DNA of 64,000 nucleotides, from NCBI RefSeq assembly GCF_963853765.1, contig NC_088857.1, positions 7,316,001-7,380,000 of the forward strand, in the 5' to 3' direction. A program made the translations under genes and the position numbers. Source of the stretch: Magallana gigas. Its lineage: Eukaryota. Below are positions 1 to 13,446 of this stretch, one piece after another. Each line of letters starts with the position of its first letter. Position 1 is the stretch's first letter. The notes beneath the pieces were generated by a model. It saw only the letters and a program-made list of their open reading frames with translations. It had not been told where the DNA came from and searched no databases.

Positions 1-422
1 ATTAGAATCTTATTTTATGCATTCAGACGTTAAGTGTTTATTGTATGGGTCATTCTCAAAAAAGGTGGTATTTGGTTGTTCAAGGGCACTAGAAAGTATA
101 ATCCTTGATTTTTGCCAAGTTTCACTTTTGTGCTACCTTTGGATATATATTAGTATACATATTGGTATATATACAGTTAATTCTAACAAAATCTTAAAAA
201 TTTGGAAAGTTTATAAGTTGATTTTTAGACATTATTTGACTGTTACAACTCGGAGTTTGCGACTTTAAATAGGTTTTGTAAAGGTATAATGACCCTTTCT
301 TATTAAAATTATAGGGTCAAGGGATGAACGATATGAAAAATACCTCTCTCGAACAAAAAGACGAAGAAAATATATGAACAATATTTTTCAGCAAGATAAA
401 GGTTGTCTGTTCTCTTTTTTAT

Positions 423-2141
423 GTCCATGGTGTAACGAAACAAAATATTGGCGTGTAAGAGTTGTCATTCTTAGTAATTTGAAACATAAATGATGCCTCC
501 TTATTCCCATCGTATAGCTATAAACAATGATAGAAGACAAAATAGCTGATAATGAAATTTACTCAATTTTTTTCTTGATAAGTAAGTAGAAATGAATGTG
601 TAACTTTTTATATTGTCTTTGGGCTAACAAGAAATACTAGGAAAAAGAAATATTTAGACACTCTGGAAAACAGACAAACTATTGCTATGTGTTGTTGAAG
701 CAGATAACATGCTCTTTTACTCTGAGGGAGCAGTAATTATTTAGCAGAGACAAGTTAATTCATAAATATGTCCTTGGTGTAACAGTCCTTGGTGTAACAA
801 AAACAAAAAGTTACACCATAGACCATCATTGTTATCCCAGAGACTATAATTTACATAATTTATTTTTTGGAGAAAGACATGATGAAATTATTAAATAAAA
901 TATATCACAATGAATCACATTTGTTAGTTTGTGCTGATATATAATGTCGATGCATCTGTTTGCTGTAGAACTAGATTATTTCTCAATCATGCAATATTTT
1001 GTTACTCCAAAGACACATACAATTAACACCAAGGACATATGACCCAAAATATTCATTTTTAAAAATTTAAGTATTGTCAAATCAAATCGAATTTATCAAT
1101 TCAAGTATGATTAATATTGAATATGATATCGGACTTATAGCTTAAGCCAAATTTTCCCTAAAAAATATTAATATCTGACTTTAAACAAAATGTGTTACCA
1201 AGGACTTTTAATGTTACACTAAAGAGTATTTCAATTCCCATGCATGTATTTCTGATAGAAAAATTAATAAAACTAAAATTGTATAAATACATTTTATGAC
1301 AGATTATGCAATGTTTTCAAACAGGAGTATAATAAAATACTAATATTATTCATCAACTAGATGGAATGGTGTCCATGGTGTAACATGTTGTGTCTTTTGT
1401 ATAACAAACTTAAATTTTAAGCCTGAACTTGTAGAGAATAACAGTTACATGTATAATATATCTGCTGAAATGTGCATTTGGTAATTTTGAATTCATTTAA
1501 AATACATTCAAGCTGTTAAAACAAATTAAAATATTAAAACTTAGATTCTTATAACAGACAAAGTCCATGGTGTAGCGCAAGTGTCCTTGGTGAAACATAT
1601 TGGAACTAAATTGTGTAAATAATTTGACTTTAGGGGCACTATTATGCACATTGATAATGATTAGTGTTAAATATATGCATTCATAAGTTATAGCTATGAA
1701 AACATTCAGTTGTCTCTATTTCAAAATCTGATATTTTCGTGTTTAAATAAAGATTGTCCTTGGTATAACATTTGGACTAACAATGATTGTCCTTAGTGTA
1801 ACATCCCTTATTTTGTTTTCATTTTCAAAGATTTACAAAAAATATTGAGTTTTTTTCACTTAAGATTATTTTTCATGTCACTTACAAGTGTCTATTAAAA
1901 AAAAATCAGACATTAAATGGAAAAGAAGTTTTCAGTGTGCAATACAATGTCATTAGATAGATGCATATTTCTCATTCACAAACCAAATATGAAAATTTAA
2001 GGAAAACACACTATTGAATTCTTGTTTTAGGATTAAGTTCAAGAAAAACTTCAGAAAATTTAACTTTAAAACCAAATTAAATGCATGAACAATAAGATTT
2101 AATGAAATTTATGAATATTTCTTATGCGTTACACCAAAGAC
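423..2141. mobile_element. Probable non-autonomous DNA transposon body with dispersed GTCC(A/T)TGGTGTAAC motifs
   Basis: About 13 exact or degenerate copies of a 14-mer in both orientations (423, 770, 785, 810rc, 1023rc, 1194rc, 1213rc, 1371, 1563, 1583, 1756, 1789, 2128rc) in non-coding AT-rich DNA. Termini not identified. Confidence 0.5.
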
Positions 2142-4307
2142 TGTTTTCTTTTCATGTGGTTGTAAATATCATATTTTTATAGATTTTCATTTGATGTACT
2201 GTTGGCATATTTTAGCAAACAAACAACATGATATGCCCAATACAAAATATGATAAATTCAATCTGGTTGTAAGTACTTTGTTTTTAAACAAGTGGTACTT
2301 GAAAAAATCCACCTTTTTTGAGAATGACCCGTATACACAGTGTTTATTATACGACTCACAATGACGCCAGGATTAAATGTATTCTTGCAGATAAATTATA
2401 CGTCATATCACTCCATGAGGCGTTCGTGGTCCATCCTCATCTGCAATTTTCAGTTGAAATCTTATATGGCAAGATTAATTCCAATCCCGATATTTCTTAG
2501 CCGATAAAGGCCAAAAATAACAATACAAAAAACATGATAAAAATATATAACGTTTTTATTACACGTTATCATATAACGAACGCATATTTATATAAATATC
2601 TGAATTGAGAAAAAAAAAGGTTACCATAACAACAATCACAAATATCTTGGATTAAAACTTTTTTGTGAATGAAATATTTTCAGAGGCTTCACTTTTATTT
2701 TCATGTAATTAAATAATGTATAAAACGGGGTGAACGGATATTCATGAAAGACGATCCCTTTCTCACATCGGTCTGCATCAGGTTAATCAACTGCTTCAAA
2801 GAAAGCGACGCCCAAGAGGAAACCAATCAAATGGCATGGCGTTTGTTTATTCTTTGACATTGTAACAAACTTCAGGGAAAACAACTTGATATTTGGACAG
2901 AATATTAGTATTTGAAAGGGTTAATAGCATCAAAGACGACCATTAGGTTTCCCCACCAGCCCCCATTAAATCACCGCTCTCTTCTTCAGCAAAACAAATA
3001 GCTGGAATCCATGATCAAGCGTTACCAATTACATACGCATATAATCAATGGTAAAATATGATTGGAACAAAAAATATTAAAACATTATCGAACCACAATG
3101 TCAGTCTTGTTTAGTCTTTTAAAACCGTATGTACTATCTAAATAGATCAACAAAAACTCTCAGTTTACTGAATAAATTCCGTACGAAGTTCAATAATGAA
3201 GGCGCCACACAAACCGTGGAAGGTAAAAAGATGAGGCATATTTACAATCTCAAATGTTATTGAATGACTCTTGTAGATCACGTGAGTGAACACCCAAAAC
3301 AAAGTTATCCAAACGGTTCTCATTAAGGTGACACCTTTATATCGTCAATCTAGCTGCATCAAGCGTAATATTATCGATTAAAATCCGTTAAAACTTAGAT
3401 CCCTATATCTAATGTTTCACGGTTACTAGAACCGCTACAAACAACCGTCATGCTGATGAATTAATAATTTCGTTGCAGTGTACACTAAGTGTTATGTGTA
3501 CCATAAGAGTATCTGGTTGATGTATAGTATAATGATCAAGAGTAAAATAAGTTTCCAGCTTCGTTGTTCTCTTAGAGTGCTTCCTAATCACAATTCGTTT
3601 AGAGAACCGAGTTCTTTGTTTGTCCTCAAACAAATCTAAAGACCTGAACAAACACGAACCTTGCTCTAATGATGCATCAATGGTACAGCCAGGTGAGTGA
3701 TTTCCTATCAACTAAATGATACGCCACAATTCAATAACAATATCATAGTTAACTAACGACAACAACAGGTAAACTGTCATAAAATCGCTATGATTATTGT
3801 TCTGCATAAAAAATGTCCATAGCGTTGGCCGTATAATTTACAAAAAATGGAAACCTATAGATTTCTTGTGACAAAAATAGTCTATTATAAACCCACTTCG
3901 TGGTATATTTATATTCATTGTAACCAAGCAGAAACAAGTTGTTTTTTCTGCAATACAGCAATAACAGTCATTATCGGTCGTCACTTTGGTGTGTCTTTCA
4001 ATAGCACATTCACGGAAATCTGCCTTCCGATGATTTGGTTCCTGTGAATAAAAACATGGGTGGGAGGAAGGAAACGGTTTTTATGCTATTTCACCAGAGA
4101 GCCAATGAACTCCTACGGCTGCGTAGAAATAAACCAGCAACACGTCAAAATTCGCAAGTATCTCTAAGATAACAAACATCTCTCTATGGCACTAGAAAAC
4201 CCCTAAGACCGGCAGTCAGACTACTGGACTTCAAAGGATGGGAATGCATTACAATGTGCTGGAATGCAGACATCTGGTTATCTCGGTCTTCTGTCGACAC
4301 TTGATTG

Positions 4308-5407
4308 TCAACCCTGTCCTCTGGTGACGTTCGTGATGACGTCAGTAAGGTTTGTTACTATGGATATGGGCGTGCTGGAAAGCACTGGCTTGTGGAGAAG
4401 ATTGTTATTTCCTCTTACTGAAAATTGAATTAAAAAAATTCGTTAGCACTTTTGTATCTAGAAATATGATTGTTAAAAAATCTTGACGACGTCATTGAGG
4501 ATATTCATTTTATAGCAAATTTTTTCCTAAAATGGACGAAACACTCAATTTTAACACTTTATACCGGATCATGCTGTCTACCAGTAGATATTGGCATTAA
4601 GTTGTCAAAAGATATACAAGCTAAGAAATTATTCACTGCAAATCACTCACCTAGATCATCTATCTTGTCGGACATGATCAGGGAGACCATTACCAAGAGG
4701 GCGCTGACCGTGAACATTGTCATGGAAACTATCATCACGGCGCGTGCTACGAATTTCTGTCGCTTGGTCCGAGTGTCCATATGAATATGTAGATCAGACC
4801 TCCTCGGGGTGTCTCTCACTAAAAACTCACTCAGTAAACTTCTGGCCACTGATGGGTCAATATAAAACACATTTTTATCGTGATAGTAGTCGGTGTCGGC
4901 CATGATTTCGATGTCATCATCAGAGAAGCTGATCCCGGTCCAGTGGGCCTGTCCCGCTCGCCACTGAGCTGTCCGAGCACTGCTCACGTTCTCTGGATGA
5001 CTGTGGTCCAAAGCTTTGTTAGTTCTCTCATACTGAATGTATTCTCGAGATTTGACACAGTTTTCACACAAGCACTCACCCTCCTCCACGATTACGTCTT
5101 GGTTTCCGTACGTTGCTCGCATAGCTTCTTCGCGGCAACTATCACAACTGCACTGTATTTCTTCATTATCAGCCGCTGGGTTTTCACCACCGAGTGCGCC
5201 TCCCCCCTCGCTGTCATTTGGTAGAAGAGGTTGATACGTTAAATAACTGTCGTCTGATAATTCCGAGATTTCCGTGTGTTGTCTCTCCAATTTCCCGCGC
5301 TCCTCCCGATCGGAGCCTCCTGATGACGTTGTATACGGGTACTTGTCGGAGTACGTCACACCGCTGGCGGTATCGTCGTCAGACAGTAACTCGCTGGTTT
5401 GACTCAT
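4308..5407 (-). CDS. Uncharacterised single-pass membrane protein (acidic N-terminal region with two CxCxxC motifs, C-terminal TM helix), 2 coding exons
   Basis: 254-aa ORF 4643-5407 with a GTGAGT donor at 4650 (exon 4651-5407). A polypyrimidine-CAG acceptor at 4418-4420 gives an in-frame exon 4308-4417 (…DDL|VRGNNNLLHKPVLSSTPISIVTNLTDVITNVTRGQG*). Hydrophobic stretch AVMIVSMTMFTVSALLVMVSLIM is preceded by basic RTKRQK. An acceptor near 5478 implies a 5' UTR intron. Confidence 0.8.
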
Positions 5408-7185
5408 TTTTACAGTTACACCTTGCAGTCCCTAGAACTTGTAGCGACTTCAAAACACCCGCAGCTCTCAAGCAATAACTGTAACGAAAATCAATTTGAA
5501 GCTGTTAATCTACCAGTGCCTGCGTCTGTAACGAATTTTTGATTTTTTAAAAGTGAAGTGCCGAGAGGAAAACACAAATATATAGCAGTGCACTTATGGA
5601 GCGTGTGTTGCTAAAACATGCCATTTCTTCAATTAGTTGTAAATATGTAATTATGGAAGATTGCCCATTCGCTAATCTTCAATCGGCTGATATTGCAAAG
5701 ATCCTTGCACAACAAATGAAGCTGTCCTTTAAGCTCTTAGGCTCGTTATATTTAACCATGAATGATTTCTCTAAATAGCTAAAACACCGTTACACCTGCG
5801 AGGCGATGCCTGTTTTTAACATATGAACTCAGGGATATACCATTAGATTCGATCTGTTGAGCTCTGTGCTAACTCGCCGTAAGCCTCTGAAAAATTCATT
5901 AGCTTCTTTTTGAAATATCTCGAGCAAAGAAGTTACAACGCTAAAATTAATCTCGAGAAAAGTATAACATCAAGGGATACCTTTTGTGGGCTCCGTTGCA
6001 TGCAGAATCGAGGAGATCGATTTCATTTCATTCCCTTGGGATTGTCTGCTGACTGATACAAGGGGAAGATCCTCTAAAAAGATAAAAGTAATAATTAAAG
6101 CCATTAATTACTTTGGATTATAATTATAGAAAAAATCTGTAATACGGAAGAATAAGGCAACAAGGATAAATATCTGAAACGTAAATGTAAAACAAAAGTC
6201 TAAATTCATTTTTAATTAGAGTTTGATATTCAGCCGTGCCTTTAGATTATGTTAGAATTATTTGTTGGATTTTGTTATAAAAAAAAACCCTCGAGGATTT
6301 CCAGATACCTCATAGCGTTAACACTGCCAAAACGCCTTGATTTCACGGTCACTGATTGTAGGACCGTGAGCGGAAACACGCTAAAATGTGGGTTTGTGTG
6401 TGTGGTTTTTTTTTTGGTACTCTCCTTCTCTCACTCGTAACCCGTAACTGTCTGATATCGTATCACTATCATAAGTGTCTTTTATTAATTTTCAATCTTA
6501 AGTTGAAAATGATTACATGACTGTCATGTAATCATTTTCAACTTTAGATTGAAAATTAATAAAAGACAAGTATCGTTTGCGTGTGGTCTTTTAATGCTTC
6601 ATGTTATTTGGAATATTCGCGTACAGGTACGTAGTAATTTATATTCACATATTAAAAATCATAAGAATATAAAACCCGACTTTCATAGCGAGAAAATAAG
6701 CCCAGCAGTGCCGCATTCTCATTACCGGTCTGTATCCATTGTTCTGTGCTGTTTTATTTCAGATACGACCGATTTTTTTTCTCCACGAGAATAAAACAAG
6801 TTATATCTCTCAATCGTAGACGGGTTTGAAGAGAGTTTCTCACGAAACTCATCAACTTAATATAAAACAAGTTCAGGCCTTGAACCTTTCCTTACTATAT
6901 CGCCTGAAATAAAAAGATTAGCTTCCACACCGTGATTAATCATTGATGATTACTGGAGGATTTCCTTCAGAAAGTAATGAATAGCAAATTCTCATGTCCA
7001 AGAAAACAGACCCGTCTGTCCATATATAGTGTCTTTGGAAGACAATGTCAAATTGCAATACTGGTATAAATATAGAATGTAAAGAATATAATGGACACTA
7101 AAGGTCAAATAAGGTTTTACTATATATATAAATATATAATTTAAAAATGATAAATATCCAGAATAAAATCACAAATTGATCCTAT

Positions 7186-7228
7186 TAACCGCAAACGTTT
7201 TCGCCATTCCTGGCTCTTCAGGCAGTTA
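7186..7228 (-). ncRNA. Minimal type I hammerhead ribozyme motif (mirror copy)
   Basis: Exact reverse complement of 7261-7303, located in the left arm of the palindrome. Confidence 0.75.
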
Positions 7229-7260
7229 TGTACAAATCGCCTTTATTTCGCATTTGTACA

Positions 7261-7303
7261 TAACTGCCTGAAGAGCCAGGAATGGCGAAAACGTTTGCGG
7301 TTA
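7261..7303 (+). ncRNA. Minimal type I hammerhead ribozyme motif
   Basis: TAACTGC-CTGAAGA-GCCA-GGAA-TGGC-GAAA-ACGT-T-T-GCGGTTA. Stem I is TAACTGC/GCGGTTA (one G-U pair), core CUGANGA, stem II GCCA/TGGC with a GGAA loop, then GAAA, a palindromic AACGTT stem III and a U-U cleavage position. Confidence 0.8.
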
Positions 7304-7374
7304 ATAGGATCAATTTGTGATTTTATTCTGGATATTTATCATTTTTAAATTATTTAAAACTGTGCCGATTTATT

Positions 7375-7505
7375 NNNNNNNNNNNNNNNNNNNNNNNNNN
7401 NNNNNNNNNNNNNNNNNNNNNNNNNNNNNNNNNNNNNNNNNNNNNNNNNNNNNNNNNNNNNNNNNNNNNNNNNNNNNNNNNNNNNNNNNNNNNNNNNNNN
7501 NNNNN
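7375..7505. other. Assembly gap (131 N)
   Basis: Run of N characters. Confidence 1.
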
Positions 7506-10500
7506 TGTGTGGTCAATAAACAGACCTTTATTTTATTGATATGACAATTTATGCTATTTGGTAATGACAAAATCAATAATATATTCTAGCTTTAAAATTT
7601 GAAAATTTTCCTTTTACAATGTTTGATGATGCCACATGAAGTACGGACTACTTGTGACAGAACACAAGAACATAGATATAAAAACCCACTTTTAAAAAAA
7701 ATGTCACCGCATGCAAGAACAATGAGAAATCGTTGCTAGGAAAAACCGCACCCGTCATGCAACCTTCTGTTACAGTAGGTTTTGAGCAATCATTTGTATT
7801 GTATCTTCAAGGAAAGAAGAGAAATAAAAAAAAAAAGCCGCGTTAAAGACATTAAGTATGGAGCTGTCAGAAATGCACTAGTTTTGACAACCGTGCGTAT
7901 AACTGCTGATCTAGATAAGCCAGAAAAGATGATTCATTTAAGTGAGTACGAACAAGCTTGGGACATATCCTTGGGCGAGAACTGAGTACTATAATTATTG
8001 TAGTGCTTCAATACTCGGTGAATCTTAACGAAGCTTGACAGAAACTGCACATGGGTGGGGAATTATGTCAGAATCTGTCAAGGTCTATAATACAGAAACT
8101 TGCACCGCCGGAAACTTGGAAATCAAATTTTTTTTATATCTCATGAATTTTATGTGCTTGTTACGAAAAATTTATTTTTGTTTTAATTTTGATTTGTAAA
8201 AATCGATCGAGTTTGTAAATTTTTTAATGAAATCAAAGTAGCCGCTAGCAAGGCATATTCAATCAATTTTGCTTGCAAGTTTATTGAGCGTATTATATTT
8301 CCACGGAATCGTCTTTTGGGAATTTTTTTTTTAAAATAATAAATAAATAGTTCTTGGTTTCTTTGCAAATCTTCAGGTTATCCATTTTTTTCTGTACAAA
8401 ATCAAAGGGCGGTTTGAATTTTTCATATTTTCTCGGCATTTTTACGCCATTTCCATTCCATTCCGTGGCATCTGTTACTCTTATCAACATGATGGTATCA
8501 TTTTATATCAATACAATCTCATATGCATTATTATGGCGTCTAGATATTCAAGGAGGTTTATATACGCAGGTTCGAGGGTGTTTGAGCATCTTTTTATAGA
8601 ATCCGATTTCATTTAACATTGATGATACCCCAAGTGTTTGGACACCTCTCACACATGTATATATTTACACATCCGCTATTCCATGGGCTAATCATTAGAC
8701 TTAAATTCATAAAAGTATAAAATATTGACGAGAATGATATAATTCCAAGTAAATGAAAATGAAAATTATTGATTCCTCGCAAGCCGCGGCTTTATCTATA
8801 AGTACATATTGGTCATTTTAACGACTCTGGGGAGCTCGTGACATCAAGATGAGGACACACAAGAAAGCAATCAACAATAAAAGAAAACCATACAGACCGA
8901 TCCCTGAGTGTATTTTCTGCTTCATGAATTGTTTCATTTTACTTTTTATAAAACTGAAATTTGACAAATGCAGCTACCGATATCATTTGCTTGAAAAAAA
9001 AACCCGCTGTATTTATAAGTTCTATCAGCAGATTTAATTCATAGTAACAATTACATACTAACGAAACAAACACTCTTCAAACGCAAATTGTCAAAACAGT
9101 ATTTAAAAAGTAAATACATTGCTAGTATAGTTGAAACAAAATGTAGTTTAATTGAAGAAATAAGTTAAAATACGAACATAAAAAGGGTCTTATTGCATTT
9201 TAAGGAATTAAGGGTTACACTAAATAGAGACCATACCTTAACAAGAATTGCCACTGGTAGAATTTGAAAAAGTTCCGGTAAATCATAGTCAACCAATCTC
9301 TGTGCTCACAGTGATATACTACCGACACAGTCAAGATATGTTTAGAACATTTCACCGTATTGATTGGAGTCGGCAACAAACAGCGTATTGTTACAAGTAA
9401 TCACGTGACGTTTCCCGGCATTCCACCGCCATTCTACGAGCTCCGTATCTTTTCCACCCCTTGTTTTTGTATATAGTATTGATTCCTTTAACTTTTTTAA
9501 AAAGATAACAAAAATCAATTTATCGAATGAAATGTAGTTTATCCTTTCAACCGAAGGAAAGTCTAGCAATTAACTGTCCTAACGAACGACTACTAACGCT
9601 GATAGCACTAAAGCGGCGATTTGCGTTCTGTGATACCAAAGGACAAATGTTCACGCACCATTCATCAAGAGAAACAGTGTATTGTTAGCGTCGGTATTAC
9701 TACAACATTATTTCTATTATCGCGGTAATCGCTTTGCTATTTTAATTAGACTCACGCTTTTAACTGTATCTGAAATAGAAACTTCAAAGAATATCTTAAT
9801 GAATTAAAAAGAGAATATTATTGTTTATTTCTACAACCTTAAGTCAAATAAATTTATGACTTAATAAAGGGTGCATTCTATAGATGTCGCACAAGTATTT
9901 TCTTTTTCTTTTGGTTCCTTTTAAAAGATTTTGTCATAAAATGATTTACATACACAGAATAAAGGCTGCAAGACTAAAATTCCAAATTTCTGGTTGTATC
10001 GAACACCATGTTATTGTTTTGATAGGTTAATCTTTGTGAATGCAAAAGACATTGATTTCCCATTACAGGACATACTTTTATCGTCGTCATTAATATTCGC
10101 AATGTTGATATTAGCGGAACTTTTTTTTGTAAAATTGCGTAAAAAAAAATACTAAAAATACTCTCTAAACAATATCGTGAAATGGGTAGCTTTTAGTGAT
10201 ACAGCTTGTTGTCATCAGATGCGCGGAATGAGTCAAATTATCGTCGTATTTAAATGAAAAATCTAATAACTACAGGTACTTCAAGTGGATAAACAAGTTG
10301 TTTATGCATTTCAAGGTGTGGCGAAGGCAAATCAAATTTTACAATATGCTACCAGCTAATAGAAAATATATATATAGACAAATAAAGAAAAACGTTAGAA
10401 TGCTTAAAATATTTTTGGTAAATAACAGGACATCCATTACATGTATTTGATAGAGTAGACTAAAAGGGAGTGAAAAAGAGGTCCATAGGTCACACTGTTC

Positions 10501-10674
10501 ATCTAAGCAAACAGCAAACATGTATATATACATTTTCCATTGTCTTTGGCTGTGATAACAATGCGAAGTGCGAATTTAATCGACTTTGTAATGTATATTC
10601 CAATACATATCACCAATGACTATTTCATTATTTTGTCGTACAGTTGCTGAAAATTAATATAAATATATAATTAT

Positions 10675-10835
10675 AAGTAATAAAGATTCATTCTTTGAAT
10701 ATTATTATGTGATCAAATACGATCGGGCGTCATCAAAACTATCGTAAAGCCATTCGGCCTTAATGGATTTGATCACCCCGACCGTATTTGATCATCTCAT
10801 AATACTCAAAGAATGATTCTTTATTCCTTAAATAA
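10675..10835. mobile_element. Short fold-back MITE-like element (family also at ~43908-44072)
   Basis: Imperfect palindrome (…ATTCATTCTTTGAATATTA…GATCAAATACG / CGTATTTGATC…TAATACTCAAAGAATGATT…TTTATTCCTTAAATAA). A related copy sits in the last intron of sulfotransferase A. Confidence 0.65.
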
Positions 10836-13446
10836 CGAGCTAATAAAACAGCTTTATGGAGTCATATACATGATCTTCATCAAACTCTGAACCCATTCTT
10901 GGACCAAGAACTGTCAGGGACCACAGTCTTTGGCTTATTGGTAATCAACAATATGTCATGTCTAATCTTAAGCTTAAACTTCGAGTGGATTTTTGGAAGG
11001 AAACTAATAGATATAAAACCTTCCCCAGTCGTAAGCTATTGTATGGATATTCTTGGTAGCCTAACTTATTTAAAAGTGTTTTTAAATATTTAGACTAGCT
11101 GAATTAGCAACCATTTGATTAAACTTTTTGCTGATAAGAACTACAGGGTATATAGAACAATACAAGGGTAAAACGATTGTTGAAATATATATATGAGAAC
11201 TTAAAGAAAAGATTGGTAGGAATTTCCAATAGCCATGCATCATAGCCCAATCCTTCATTTGGCTACAAAATGAAATGATGTCCATGTTTTTTTTTTCAAA
11301 ATTTTTCGTTTTGACAAGTTTTCTTGGGGAAAAAATCCAATTTGAGGACTTCCCTCAAAGTGACACTACCCTTAGTTAAAAATTCATTTAAAATATCCAA
11401 GATAGTTATGACTCCACTGCACTAAAATTACAAACCACGTAGTTCTGTGATATGCAAGGAATATTAAGTCGTTCATGAAGATGCAAAATGATATATATTT
11501 ACTAAAAACCGTAGCATTTGAATTCAAGTTTCATCCTTTTTTTGATTTTCTTGTATATAATCAGAAAGAAAATAAGGTGTTCTCGGTTTTTTTTCGTATG
11601 TACAGGTCAGAGTAAGTTAGGGACATTTCGAGCATTTAAAAAAAAATAAACTCAGCTTTAGCACGTTTTCGTTTTCTTAAATGTTTGTGTCAGTATGCTG
11701 TTTTCGGTTATTTTTATAGTAAATTGTGTACCTAATTAAAAATGCACCTCATTATTATTTACAGCTTTTTAATGACTAATGAATTATCTTTCTATTTTCT
11801 CTCCTTCTCTCGATTTCACACACAAAGAAATCAATATTAGTTGGAAAAGGAGCGTATTTTATATGCTTCGTTAGCAAACATTTCAATGCTTTAAATTCTG
11901 AAAACTGCACCTGCTCTCAGATAATTCATAATCCGGTATAAATTTCACAGAGTCTATGCTAAAAATACGCGTACTTCGTGTTACTTTGGAGATAAGCTTT
12001 GTAGGGATGCGATACTAGATACCCGGATGACATTACAACATGGGGATCGTACATGTATGATAACCAAGCCTTAATGATAGGTAATTCCTAGAAATAGCTC
12101 AACCTAGTAAATAGATTATATGTGTTGAATGGCATGGGAATTGCCAACAAGAAGTAAAAAATCAATTAAATGAAAATAAAAGTAAAAGTATTCCAGTCAT
12201 AACCAGTGCAGCACGTTGGGAGTCTTGTGTTGGCCAATAACCTTCTAAAAATAGCATTCCTCTCAGTATAACGCATATTCTGTAACAAAAGTTCTTCGTC
12301 ATCATCTATATACACGTAGCTGTACAATCGGTCAGTATGTGCATTGTCCAGTATTTGTTTGCAAACTGTTTTTCCGCAACTCTCGACATCAAAGGTTAAC
12401 AAACACATCAATCGAATACCATATGATGTTGATTATACATCTATCCAATATCCTTTATACAAAGAAAGCGTTCCCGAGCACATTAATCTTCTATATTAAG
12501 TCAATTACTTTGTAAAATATAATTTCTAACAATAATTTCTTTTTTATCAAACTGCACGATTTCTAGTCACATAGCAGACAATGGTGTACATGTATGTAAT
12601 TAAGTTATTTTATTTATTCTAAGCGGCCTGATTTATTGCTCATTAAACTGGTCCTTTTCCTTAATTTCCTTACTACGCGTGGGATGCTAGATTTAAATGT
12701 CAGCTACATATCCCTGCCCATAAAGCAGGCTCCGAGGCCGAGTAGGGTTCGTTAAGGCCTGGGTAACCACTAGACAGTATATAGCTGTTATAGCGACTAG
12801 ACCCTCTTTAAGAGGACTTCATCGCCAGAGAACTGTATAACTCAATCTTCTGTCACACCGTACTAAATATTTAATGAACGTAACAGGAATGGAGTATAGA
12901 TTATCATATAGACACATGGTGCACAAATGCTTAGTGCCTGAGCGCCGTCACCCCCCTATGTTTATCATATTTACTGTGGAGTAAGGGCTGAAGGACGGTG
13001 ACCCCTTGTGAGAGGAGACCAAGAAACATAATGGAGACAGCGATTATTTACATCTATATTGTTGTTCTGCACCCGTTGTGTGAAGCTGCCCCATGAAGTG
13101 CAACCATGCATACTAAGTTTGTCGCTTTATATGAAAATGGTTTACAAGACTTAGTATAAACAATCACAAAAAAGTAGTTTTCCCATTATACCTAAATCTT
13201 TAACATGTTCTGTTGACAACTACGTTGTATTAACCAGTGTAACGGAGTTCTAATATTTTCTTTTTAATATTAATGCATTTTTTTTCATTATAAAATTAAC
13301 ACATTAAAGATAAAGCTTGCCTTCAACCTTTGTCAGTAAACATGATTTGAACCAACCATACAAAATCCCTTCCACGATTCATTTATGGTTGACGGGAAGA
13401 TGTGCGATAAAATAAACTAGTACGATATAATTTAGTAATGAGATTA

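Larger units (their letters stand above)
7136..7353. repeat. Perfect inverted repeat (102-bp arms, 14-nt spacer), Penelope pLTR/retrozyme-like
   Basis: 7136-7237 is the exact reverse complement of 7252-7353 on manual comparison. Each arm contains a hammerhead motif. The repeat lies 21 bp from the N gap. Confidence 0.9.

Noticed and set aside
423-2141. CRISPR-like array
   Set aside because: Repeats are only 14 bp, irregularly spaced and in both orientations, in a eukaryotic context with no cas genes.
4470-5478. Plus-strand ORFs of 62-114 aa
   Set aside because: Antisense shadows of the minus-strand membrane-protein exon.
7317-7576. ORFs containing X runs
   Set aside because: Artefacts of translation through the N gap.
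8183-8620. Possible old LINE ORF2 remnant on the minus strand
   Set aside because: Lys/Ile-rich broken frames are vaguely LINE-like, but no diagnostic motif could be confirmed.
12166-12411. 81-aa minus-strand ORF as a gene exon
   Set aside because: No recognisable domain, and no convincing splice partners were found.
12690-13130. GC-richer island as a solo LTR, tRNA or ribozyme
   Set aside because: A TGTCAC start is present, but I found no matching LTR end, PBS/PPT, cloverleaf or ribozyme core.
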